64,000 nt of DNA from Gammaproteobacteria bacterium. Lineage in GTDB: Bacteria; Pseudomonadota; Gammaproteobacteria; Eutrophobiales; Eutrophobiaceae. Positions 29,223 through 37,597 of the stretch are shown in pieces. Under the pieces are notes generated by a model. That model searched no databases. It worked only from the letters and a program-made list of their open reading frames with translations, and had not been told where the DNA came from. The DNA is taken from contig OZ244905.1 of assembly GCA_965221695.1 (NCBI GenBank), positions 2,464,001 to 2,528,000 on the forward strand. The letters run 5' to 3'. The position numbers and the translations under genes are program-made. Positions within the stretch are counted from its first letter, which is position 1. Each line of letters starts with the position of its first letter.

Positions 29223-30269
29223 TCACAACGATGCCGACTTGGATGCGGACTGGAACTCAGCTTTTCCCTGTTGCACCAGAGCATAAATCTGCCTGGCCTG
29301 TCCACCCGTCTCTTCAAGCAATCTCGGGTGGGTGGGCAACGCCCGCTCCCGCCATTGCGCTTGTTGTTCCGCATCCAACTCGTGCACGGTCACGGCCATT
29401 GCCGGCAGAGATATTTGGAAATAATTATCCAGCGCCGCGCGGATCAATGTCCGATTCACCTCGGCGCTTTCGATGCTGTCGAAAACAAGCCGCCGGAGTC
29501 GTTCGGGCAACCCGTCATACCAGTCCTTGTTGGCCAGGATGGGACCCATGTCAAACGCGTGCCGGGTGAGCATCAGGTGCGGCGCCGGCCTGGCAATCCC
29601 TGCGAGTGTATACATGCCCACGCCGGTCTGGCCGCTTTCGATCAGGTTGGTCTGCAACGCGGGGATCACCTCGGCAAAACTCAGGGGAATGAGGTCGGCG
29701 CCGATAGCCTCGGCGAAGTAGCGCGAACCCAGGGCGTTTGAGGATCTCATGGAAATGCCACGGGTTGCCGCCGGCGTCAACAGCGGTTTCTTGCCGTAGA
29801 TATAGAACCAGCCCACTTCCGACCATTGGATCAGTGTCAGTCCTTTTTCCGCAAACAGTTTTGCATACGCATCGGACAGGTAATGGTCCATCACGAACGC
29901 GGCTTCCTCGCGGGAATCAAACAGGTAGGGCGCCAACAGCACGTTCAGTTCCGGGATCAGTGTTGCGACCCCCTGTAACGCAAAACCACCGATCTGTATC
30001 CGGCCCCGGCGCAGGTTCGCGAGCGCCGTCTCTTCACTGCCCAACTCCCCGGAAATAAACAGGTCCAGGTCGATCTCCCCGGCGCTGTCGTTCTGTTCCA
30101 GTGTCGCCGCAAAGCGCAGCCAGAAATCATGCCAAGGCGTATCCGGTATGCCGAGCGAGGTGACCCGCACCTTCAGTTGCTTGTCCCCGCGCTCTGCGCA
30201 GCCGCCGATCTGGGTAATCATGACTGCCAGCAACAGAATTATCAGGCTGGCCCGTTGAAGTAATGGCAT
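29223..30269 (-). CDS. dctP: TRAP substrate-binding protein
   Basis: GELGSE, LLAPYLFDS, GADLIPLSFAEVIPALQT; signal peptide or lipobox. Confidence 0.9.
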   Translation of the reverse strand: MPLLQRASLIILLLAVMITQIGGCAERGDKQLKVRVTSLGIPDTPWHDFWLRFAATLEQNDSAGEIDLDLFISGELGSEETALANLRRGRIQIGGFALQGVATLIPELNVLLAPYLFDSREEAAFVMDHYLSDAYAKLFAEKGLTLIQWSEVGWFYIYGKKPLLTPAATRGISMRSSNALGSRYFAEAIGADLIPLSFAEVIPALQTNLIESGQTGVGMYTLAGIARPAPHLMLTRHAFDMGPILANKDWYDGLPERLRRLVFDSIESAEVNRTLIRAALDNYFQISLPAMAVTVHELDAEQQAQWRERALPTHPRLLEETGGQARQIYALVQQGKAEFQSASKSASL

Positions 30270-30298
30270 TCCGGTTATTGATGACAGTTAAATGTTTA

Positions 30299-30449
30299 GG
30301 AAACTCTGAACAAGTCCATCCTGGACTTGTCAGAGTACGGAAAACAAAAATGCGATTTTTGTTTTCCTCACAATATCAATGCCTTACAGTCATTGATATT
30401 GACGATACATCCTTGTATCGTAGGAACCTCTGACTTAATCAGAGGTTCC
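30299..30449. mobile_element. 151-bp IS5-like MITE made of five tandem hairpins (family B)
   Basis: Ends GGAAACTCTGAACAAGTCC / TCAGAGGTTCC; 4-bp TTTA duplication; near-identical copy at 63708-63860. Confidence 0.85.
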
Positions 30450-30490
30450 TTTATTTGTTATATCATTAATAGAACTCGGTATAAACCTCC

Positions 30491-30688
30491 AAACCCTCAT
30501 GATCAGGGCGCTGCTCACCCCGTCGGCATGTAGCTATTGGCATAAACCAAGACATGCCTCCGTACCACTCCCGTGCAAACGGGAGTCCAGTAGGACAGGG
30601 TGTCGCCCGCAGGGCGACTCTTCAGTCTATTGGATACCCGTTTGCACGGGAATGGTACCGAGCACAGGTTATACAGGATAAATTACAC
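30491..30688 (+). repeat. Family A composite repeat (near full length)
   Basis: AAACCCTCATGATCAGG...TACCACTCCCG..CGGGAGTCCAG...CGGGAATGG. Confidence 0.85.
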
Positions 30689-30690
30689 AT

Positions 30691-31206
30691 ATGGCAGAAC
30701 GGTTTTTGCAACTCCTGGGGCGCATGGAGCGCATCGTCACCAGCGCCGCGTTTACGCTGCTGATTGCAGCTATTTTCCTTGACGTGTTCAGCCGGGAGCT
30801 CACCGGCGTGGGCTTGCACTGGGCGCGCCAGGCCGGGGTTTATGCGAACATTATCGTAGTAATGTTTGGTCTGGGCCTGGCCTCGGCAGGCGGCAACCAC
30901 CTGCGGCCGCGATTTGCCGATAATTGGCTGCCGGCGCGCTGGGCCCCCGTGATCATGCGCTTGCAGGATAGTTTGATGAGTGCGTTTTGCCTGTTCGCAG
31001 CCGGCGCCGGCGCGCAACTGACCTGGGAGTCTATGCAACTGGGCGAGCGCTCGACACTGCTCCCGATCCTCATCTGGCCGGTCCTGATGGCGCTCCCGCT
31101 GGCTTTTTTTCTGGTAGGCGTTCGCCATGCTGTTTATGCTGCTTATCCCGAGCTGGCGCCGCAGGATCCGTTGCGTATCGCCCCTGAGTCCTCATCCAAT
31201 GACTGA
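30691..31206 (+). CDS. dctQ: TRAP small permease
   Basis: 4 TM segments; DVFSR, GNHLR. Confidence 0.88.
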   Translation: MAERFLQLLGRMERIVTSAAFTLLIAAIFLDVFSRELTGVGLHWARQAGVYANIIVVMFGLGLASAGGNHLRPRFADNWLPARWAPVIMRLQDSLMSAFCLFAAGAGAQLTWESMQLGERSTLLPILIWPVLMALPLAFFLVGVRHAVYAAYPELAPQDPLRIAPESSSND

Positions 31207-32461
31207 GACCCTGCTCCTGATCGTACTGCTCACGGCCCTCATTCTGCTGCGCCAGAATCTCGTGGTGGCGCTGGGCGTGGCCGCGTTCTATGTTTACTGG
31301 GTATTTGGCGATGAACCGTTGCGTTATGTGATACTGGATGCCTGGCACGCGCTGAACAAGGACATCCTGCTTTCCATCCCGCTGTTTCTTCTCGCTGGCC
31401 AGATCATGACGCGCGGTTCGATGGCAGAGCGGCTGGTGCGCCTGGTCAAAGCCGCCAGCGCGCCAATTCCGGGCGGTCTTGCCGTCGCCACAGTACTGTC
31501 CTGTGCGTTGTTTGCCGCGATTTCCGGCTCTTCCACAGTTACGCTGCTGGCGGTGGGCGGTATCATGTACCCGGCATTGCTGAAAGCGGGCTATTCCAAA
31601 GCTTTTTCGTTGGGCGCGCTGTGCGCTGCCGGCACGCTTGGGATCATTGTGCCGCCCAGCATTCCGCTGATCCTGTACGGCGTGATGACCCATACTTCCA
31701 TTACCGACCTGTTTATTGCCGGAATCCTGCCGGCGCTGGTCCTGACCGCATTGATGAGCGTTTATGCGCTCTGGTTCAACCGTAACATCCCTGCCGGCAA
31801 GCTGGACCTGCGTGAGTTATGGGAGGCATTGCAACAGGGTGTCTGGTCCTTGTTCATGCCCATCCTGATCCTGGGTGGGATCTACAGCGGCCATTTCACC
31901 GCGACTGAATCCGCCGCCGTGGCCGTGGTATACGCGTTTGTAGTGGAATTGTTCATTCATCGCGAACTGAAACCGGCAAGCGTTCATCTTGTGATCGAAG
32001 ATACCACCAGGTTGCTGGGTTCCTTGTTTCCGGTGCTTATGTTTGCCGTCAGCCTCAATACCTTCCTCACCTATGAGCAGGCGCCGATGGCGGCCAGCGC
32101 GTGGTTTGCCGAACATGTTGTTAATCCCCAGGGATTTCTGCTGGGCGTCAACCTGTTCCTGCTGCTGGTCGGCGCGATCATGGACATTGGTTCTGCGATA
32201 CTGGTGCTGGCGCCTACACTAAAGCCCATCGCCCAGGGTCTGGGGATGGACCCTGTGCATTTCGGCATCGTGATGATTGTCAACCTGGAGATCGGTTATC
32301 TGACCCCGCCGTTCGGGCTTAACCTGATCATCGCGATGGGCGCGTTCAAGGTCACCTTCCTGGAAGCCTGCAAGAGTGTCGCACCGTTCCTGTTGCTGAT
32401 GCTGGTTGGCTTGCTGCTGGTCAGTTTTTTGCCTGCATTATCGCTCATGTTGCTGGCTTGA
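31199..32461 (+). CDS. dctM: TRAP large permease
   Basis: LSIPLFLLAG, FAAISGSS, GTLGIIVPPSIPLILYG, DPVHFG, TPPFG. Confidence 0.93.
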   Translation: MTETLLLIVLLTALILLRQNLVVALGVAAFYVYWVFGDEPLRYVILDAWHALNKDILLSIPLFLLAGQIMTRGSMAERLVRLVKAASAPIPGGLAVATVLSCALFAAISGSSTVTLLAVGGIMYPALLKAGYSKAFSLGALCAAGTLGIIVPPSIPLILYGVMTHTSITDLFIAGILPALVLTALMSVYALWFNRNIPAGKLDLRELWEALQQGVWSLFMPILILGGIYSGHFTATESAAVAVVYAFVVELFIHRELKPASVHLVIEDTTRLLGSLFPVLMFAVSLNTFLTYEQAPMAASAWFAEHVVNPQGFLLGVNLFLLLVGAIMDIGSAILVLAPTLKPIAQGLGMDPVHFGIVMIVNLEIGYLTPPFGLNLIIAMGAFKVTFLEACKSVAPFLLLMLVGLLLVSFLPALSLMLLA

Positions 32462-32528
32462 GGCGCGGGGTGGTTTGCATGCGACACAATCGCTTTTGTT
32501 GCTGGCTTGGGGCACAGGAACTGGCGGG

Positions 32529-33407
32529 ATGAGTATGCTTCACAGAATTGAAATGGTCACGCTGGGTTGCGCTGATCCGGCTATGGTTGAAGCGGCCTAT
32601 TGCGGCTATTTGCATTACCGTCGGGTCGGTGCAGGGCAGATATCCACGGCGCTGGCGCGGTTATGGGGGTTGGAAACAGCGGCCGGGACGAACTACACGC
32701 TGCTGGCGCCGCAACGCGATACGACGCATTTCATCAGACTGCTCCAGGTTGATGCAGAACCGCCGCCACCGCCTTTCAGCACAGCCGGATGGAACGCAGC
32801 CGAAATTCTCGTTAACGATGTGGACAGTCTGGCGCAGAGCCTGGCCGATTCGCCGTTTGCCGTTGCCGGCCCGCCCGCCGACCTGTCATTCACCGACAAT
32901 ATCCGCGCCTGCCAGGTGGTCGGCCCGGCGGGAGAGGCGCTCTACCTGACGCAGATCAAGGGAGATATTCCCGGTTTCAGCCTCGCGCCGACCGACCAGG
33001 TCGTGGCCTGGTGTTTTGTCATGATCCTGGCGGTAGCTTCCCTGCCCGCGGCCAAGGAATTTTATCGCACCCGGTTCGCGTTCGCCGATGCGCCGGACAT
33101 CGATGCGCGGGTGACCATGATGTCCGCCGCGCATGAGCTGCCGCGCGCGCATCTGCACCGGATCTCGGCGCTCACCCTGGGCGATCCCGGATACCTGCTG
33201 GAACTGGATGAATTGCCTGCCGCAAGCGGCCGTGGTGCGGCGCGGCAGGGGTTGCTGCCAACAGGCATCGCGATGGTGAGTTTCAGTTGTGCTTCCCCTC
33301 AGGAAAATGGCGACAACAACATATTGGCTGAACCGCCTTATAACGGCAGGCGAGTGGGCTTCTGCGCCGGCCCGGCGGGTGAAATGCTGGAACTAATCTA
33401 TTTATAG
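32529..33407 (+). CDS. VOC family protein (paralog of 21468)
   Basis: GWNAAEIL, GPAGEALYLT, GPAGEMLELI. Confidence 0.75.
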   Translation: MSMLHRIEMVTLGCADPAMVEAAYCGYLHYRRVGAGQISTALARLWGLETAAGTNYTLLAPQRDTTHFIRLLQVDAEPPPPPFSTAGWNAAEILVNDVDSLAQSLADSPFAVAGPPADLSFTDNIRACQVVGPAGEALYLTQIKGDIPGFSLAPTDQVVAWCFVMILAVASLPAAKEFYRTRFAFADAPDIDARVTMMSAAHELPRAHLHRISALTLGDPGYLLELDELPAASGRGAARQGLLPTGIAMVSFSCASPQENGDNNILAEPPYNGRRVGFCAGPAGEMLELIYL

Positions 33408-33974
33408 CCCTGTGCCGAACGCGCAATAGTCTTCCTTTTCCACCAGGTCGAAGACGAACAGGAATTTCGCCATACCGCTCAACACGGCCAGGGTCAATCC
33501 CAACTCCAGCAGTTCAGCGTCTGTGAAATGCTGTTTAAGGTCATTGTACAGGGGTTGTGACAACACGCCGTCGGAGTTGGTGAGCAGCATCTGGTCTGCC
33601 AGCCGCAGAGCAGCCTTTTCCGCGGCGCTGAACGGGGCGTTTTCATAATCGTCCAACCCGCCGATTTCAGCTTCTGTCAGGCCCGCATCAAGGGCGTCTG
33701 CGCGATTGCCCTGATTACAAAAATGGCAGCCGTGGACTGTGGACAGCCGCAGGCGCGCCAACTCTTTGATGCGCCGCGGGACAGAACCGCCGTGGAATAC
33801 TTTTTCGTAAAAACTTTCCGTATACCAGTCGTACAACGCCGGGTTGTTTCCGAATACTTCAAAAAAAGTGGCGTCGCCGCGCAATTGCATGGATTTGCGC
33901 CAGGCTGCGCGCAGGTCTGCAGACATCTTATCCGGCGCAACGCGCTTCAGAAAGGGGGCAGGTCGACTTGTCAT
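33402..33974 (-). CDS. Carboxymuconolactone decarboxylase/AhpD family protein
   Basis: KELARLRLSTVHGCHFC (CxxC); AEKAAL..AD; F..AELLEL. Confidence 0.85.
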   Translation of the reverse strand: MTSRPAPFLKRVAPDKMSADLRAAWRKSMQLRGDATFFEVFGNNPALYDWYTESFYEKVFHGGSVPRRIKELARLRLSTVHGCHFCNQGNRADALDAGLTEAEIGGLDDYENAPFSAAEKAALRLADQMLLTNSDGVLSQPLYNDLKQHFTDAELLELGLTLAVLSGMAKFLFVFDLVEKEDYCAFGTGL

Positions 33975-33975
33975 A

Positions 33976-33995
33976 ATATTATAATAATATAACAT
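33976..33995. promoter_or_regulatory. Operator-like site ATATTATA-ATAA-TATAACAT
   Basis: 15/16 match to the palindrome; abuts the CMD start codon in a divergent promoter. Confidence 0.62.
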
Positions 33996-34060
33996 ACTGC
34001 CGATTGACTTATCGGACTACGATTAAGGTTGCCGATAACCGCACGGTTAACACTAGTACT

Positions 34061-34124
34061 AGGAACCCCTGAGGGAACCTCTGAGATTAAGTCAGAGGTT
34101 CCTGAGATTAAGTCCAGAGGTTTC
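34061..34124. repeat. Nested family B terminal hairpin remnants
   Basis: GGAACCTCTGAGATTAAGTCAGAGGTTCC plus a partial repeat. Confidence 0.7.
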
Positions 34125-34132
34125 ATAATATT

Positions 34133-35314
34133 ATGACAGATCACGAATTACCGCTTTCCGGCATCAGGGTTATTGAGTTTTCCCATATGGTCATGGGACC
34201 ATGCGTGGGGCTGTTGCTTGCCGACCTGGGCGCTGATGTTGTCAAACTTGAACCGCTGGCAGGCGACAATACCCGGCGGCTGCGCGGCTCGGGCGCGGGC
34301 TATTTTTCGATGTATAACCGCAACAAGCGCAGTGTCTGTATTGACCTCAAGTCGGATCAAGGCCGGGACATCGCCAAACGCCTGATCAGCAAGGCCGATA
34401 TATTTATTGAAAATTTCAGACCCGGCGCGATGGAACAGGCGGGTTACGGCTACGATGAACTGGCAAAAGACAATCCCGGGTTGCTGTATTACTCCGCCAG
34501 GGGTTTTCTCTCCGGGCCTTACGAACAGCGTACCGCATTGGACGAGGTCGCCCAGATGATGGGCGGCTTGGCATATATGACCGGCCCGCCGGGGCAGCCG
34601 CTGCGCGCCGGCGCATCGGTGGTTGACGTGGCCGGCGGCATGTTCGGTGTGATCGGTATTCTGGCCGCTTTGGAGCTGCGCCGGCGCACGGGCCGCGGGC
34701 AGCGGATTGACAGCGCGTTGTTTGAAAGCACCGCCTTCCTGGTCGGCCAGCATATGGCGCAGTATGCGGTAACCGGCGAACCGGCTCCGCCCATGCCGGT
34801 GCGGGTATCAGCCTGGGCAATCTATGACATCTTCGAATGCCAGGACGGCAAACAGGTGTTTGTCGCCGTGGTCAGCGATACCCAGTGGAAAAAGTTCTGT
34901 GATCATTTCTCCCTGGATGATTTCTCCCGGGACCCTTCTCTTGCCGCCAATACCGGCAGGGTGGGCCGGCGGGACGTGATTATCCCGCGCGTGCGTTCGC
35001 TGTTCCAGGCGCTGCGCGCCGAAGAGTTGATGGAGCGGCTGGACCGATGCGGTCTGCCCTATGCTCCGATCAGCAGGCCGGAAGACCTGTTTGACGATCC
35101 GCACCTGCTGGCCTCCGGCGGCCTGCTGGACGTCACCACACCGGAAGGCCAACAGACCAGGCTGCCGGCGTTGCCGGTGCGCATGGATGGCAAGCGCCCG
35201 GGTCTGCGGCGAGACGTGCCGACACAGGGCGAACATACCCGTGAGGTGATGCAAGAACTGGGCTTGTCTCAGGCGGATATCGATGGACTGATTGCAGCGC
35301 GGACGCTGGCCTAG
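34133..35314 (+). CDS. Family III CoA-transferase (CaiB/BaiF)
   Basis: PLSGIRVIE, LADLGADVVKLE, NRNKRS, ENFRPG, VVDVAGG. Confidence 0.93.
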   Translation: MTDHELPLSGIRVIEFSHMVMGPCVGLLLADLGADVVKLEPLAGDNTRRLRGSGAGYFSMYNRNKRSVCIDLKSDQGRDIAKRLISKADIFIENFRPGAMEQAGYGYDELAKDNPGLLYYSARGFLSGPYEQRTALDEVAQMMGGLAYMTGPPGQPLRAGASVVDVAGGMFGVIGILAALELRRRTGRGQRIDSALFESTAFLVGQHMAQYAVTGEPAPPMPVRVSAWAIYDIFECQDGKQVFVAVVSDTQWKKFCDHFSLDDFSRDPSLAANTGRVGRRDVIIPRVRSLFQALRAEELMERLDRCGLPYAPISRPEDLFDDPHLLASGGLLDVTTPEGQQTRLPALPVRMDGKRPGLRRDVPTQGEHTREVMQELGLSQADIDGLIAARTLA

Positions 35315-35341
35315 AATATCTTACCAATTGAGATTTTCGGG

Positions 35342-35971
35342 CTAAGCCAGGTAGGCCCAGTTGCGTGTGTGCCGGTCCCGGGATTGGAATTCGCTGATCT
35401 TATCCTGATGCTGCAACGTCATGTCTATCGAGTCCATTCCCCGCAGCAGCATTTCCCTGTAGACAGGCTCGATATCGAAGCGGTAGTGTGACCCGGCAGG
35501 GTCCGCCACCGTAGTGGTTCGCAAGTCAATGGTCAGGCGCGCGGATGATGAGGCGGTCCCGGTGGCGCTGATCAGCGCCCGGATTGCCGATTCCGGTAGT
35601 GTTACCGGCAGCAGACCGTTGCGCACCGCGTTATGGTAGAAGATCGATCCGAACTCCGGCGCGATAACGGCCCTGAAGCCGTATTCCAGCAGCGCCCAGA
35701 CTGCGTGCTCGCGGGATGAGCCGCAACCGAAATTTCTGCCTGCGAGCAAGATGCTGGCGCCGGCATATTGCGGCTTGTTTAGTACGAAATCCGGGTTGAT
35801 GACGCGCGCTTCCCGATCCGCTTCCAGGTAACGCCAGCCGGCAAACAGGCCTTCTGCCAGACCCTTTTTCGACACATGGCGCATTTCCCGGGAGGGAATA
35901 ATGCTATCGGTGTCGATATTGCTGCGCAGCAATGGCGCGCTAACGCCCTCGTGGACGACAAAAGCTTTCAT
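35342..35971 (-). CDS. leuD: 3-isopropylmalate dehydratase-like small subunit
   Basis: NIDTDSIIP, NFGCGSSREHAVWAL, NGLLP. Confidence 0.88.
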   Translation of the reverse strand: MKAFVVHEGVSAPLLRSNIDTDSIIPSREMRHVSKKGLAEGLFAGWRYLEADREARVINPDFVLNKPQYAGASILLAGRNFGCGSSREHAVWALLEYGFRAVIAPEFGSIFYHNAVRNGLLPVTLPESAIRALISATGTASSSARLTIDLRTTTVADPAGSHYRFDIEPVYREMLLRGMDSIDMTLQHQDKISEFQSRDRHTRNWAYLA

Positions 35972-37380
35972 CAGTTGTGTACTACTTCGCGTGCGTCCGC
36001 GATACAGCCTTTCAACGCCGAGGCCGCGACGGTTGCCGGGCTCGCCAGGTGCGAACGTACTCCCGGGCCCTGGCGTCCTTCAAAGTTGCGATTGGTGCTG
36101 GTTATGACACGCGCGCCGGCAGGGAAACCTTCCCCTCCGGCATAGAAACACAACGAACAGCCCGCCTCGCGCCACTCGAACCCGGCATCCAGAAAGACCT
36201 CGTGCAGACCTTCCTGCTCCGCCGCACGTTTCACCTGCGTGGACCCGGGAACACAGATGGCCTTGACCCCCGGCGCAATCCTGTTGCCCTTGAGCGCCGC
36301 CGCGGCGGCGCGCAGGTCGCTGAGCCGGCTATTGGTGCAGGAACCGATAAACGCCGCATCAACCGGAATCGAGGTGATCGCGTCGCCGGCCTTGAGTCCC
36401 ATGTAATCCAGCGCCCGCTCCATGCCGTTGCGCGTGGTCGCATCAGGTTCATCGTTCGGGTCAGGTATCATCCCGGAGATGCCGGTAACATGTTGCGGGC
36501 TGGTCCCCCAGGTAACGCTGGGTTCGACCTGTGCCAGGTCCAGGCGCAGTTCCCTGTGATACACGGCGCCTTCATCGGAGCGCAGTTTGTGCCAGTATTC
36601 CCGCGCCGCATTCCAATCATTGCCTGCCGGCGCATACGCGCGCCCGGCGACATAATCCAGGGTTGCATCATCGGGCGCAATAAGCCCGGTGAATGCGGAG
36701 AACTCGACGGCCATATTGCACAGTGTCATCCTGGCCTCCATGGGAAGATGTTGCACCCCCGGGCCGCAGAACTCAAGCGCGTAACCGCTACCACCGGACG
36801 CGCTGTATTGTCCTATCAACTGCAGGATTGTGTCCTTGGCGGTGACACCGGAAGGCAACTTGCCTTCCAAGCGCACCGCCATTTGTCTTGGTTTGACAAC
36901 TCTTAGCGTCTCGGTCGCCAGCGCGTGCTCGCAATCGCTGGAACCGACTCCCCAGGCAAGCGCGCCCAGCGCGCCCAGGGTACAGGTATGGCTGTCCGGG
37001 CAGACTACCGTCAGCCCTGGCAGGGCGATACCCTGTTCAGCGGAAATCACATGTGATATGCCTTGGCGCGGGTCGTTGATGTCGAACAGGGTAATACCGG
37101 CGCGCTGGGTTTGCAGGCGAGTGCTGGTGATGAACGCCTGGCCGCCGGGCATGGACGTCTCATCATTACGGCCGGGGAGCGTGTCGATGATGTGGTCCAT
37201 CGTACAAAACACCTGGCTCGGGTTTTTCACCCGGCGCCGCTTCTCTGCCATGGAGCTTAACGCAATGCTGCCGGTGCGCTCGTGCAGGAACACGCGATCG
37301 ATATGCAACAACGAGGACCCGTCCCCCAAGTCGGTTATCAGGTGGTCATTCCATATTTTTTCAAATAAAGTTGTTGCCAT
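35971..37380 (-). CDS. leuC: 3-isopropylmalate dehydratase-like large subunit (Fe-S hydratase)
   Basis: DSHT, FIGSCTNSR, GCSLC, STNRNFEGRQG. Confidence 0.88.
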   Translation of the reverse strand: MATTLFEKIWNDHLITDLGDGSSLLHIDRVFLHERTGSIALSSMAEKRRRVKNPSQVFCTMDHIIDTLPGRNDETSMPGGQAFITSTRLQTQRAGITLFDINDPRQGISHVISAEQGIALPGLTVVCPDSHTCTLGALGALAWGVGSSDCEHALATETLRVVKPRQMAVRLEGKLPSGVTAKDTILQLIGQYSASGGSGYALEFCGPGVQHLPMEARMTLCNMAVEFSAFTGLIAPDDATLDYVAGRAYAPAGNDWNAAREYWHKLRSDEGAVYHRELRLDLAQVEPSVTWGTSPQHVTGISGMIPDPNDEPDATTRNGMERALDYMGLKAGDAITSIPVDAAFIGSCTNSRLSDLRAAAAALKGNRIAPGVKAICVPGSTQVKRAAEQEGLHEVFLDAGFEWREAGCSLCFYAGGEGFPAGARVITSTNRNFEGRQGPGVRSHLASPATVAASALKGCIADAREVVHN

Positions 37381-37427
37381 CTACGCTATCCCAGGTTTGC
37401 CCGGATTAAGATAAGATGAGACAGGTC

Positions 37428-37526
37428 TCTCTCCCATTGTTGCGGGAGTGGTATGCAAACAAGCCCTGACCAGCGCCAACAGTTACATGCAATCGAGGTG
37501 TGCTGTTCCCTGATCATGAGGGTTTA
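37428..37526 (-). repeat. Partial family A repeat
   Basis: GCGGGAGTGGTA...CCTGATCATGAGGGTTT. Confidence 0.75.
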
Positions 37527-37546
37527 TCGGCATTGTTTCCCAAATT

Positions 37547-37566
37547 ATGTTATAAAAGTATATCAT
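37547..37566. promoter_or_regulatory. Operator-like site ATGTTATA-AAAG-TATATCAT
   Basis: Half-sites identical to 2221; divergent leuC/amidohydrolase promoter. Confidence 0.68.
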
Positions 37567-37597
37567 TAGAACTTTATCAGGGTACTATGAAAGTGTT

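Noticed and set aside
35342-37380. Leucine biosynthesis operon
   Set aside because: No leuA or leuB, and the context is catabolic. The symbols indicate family only.
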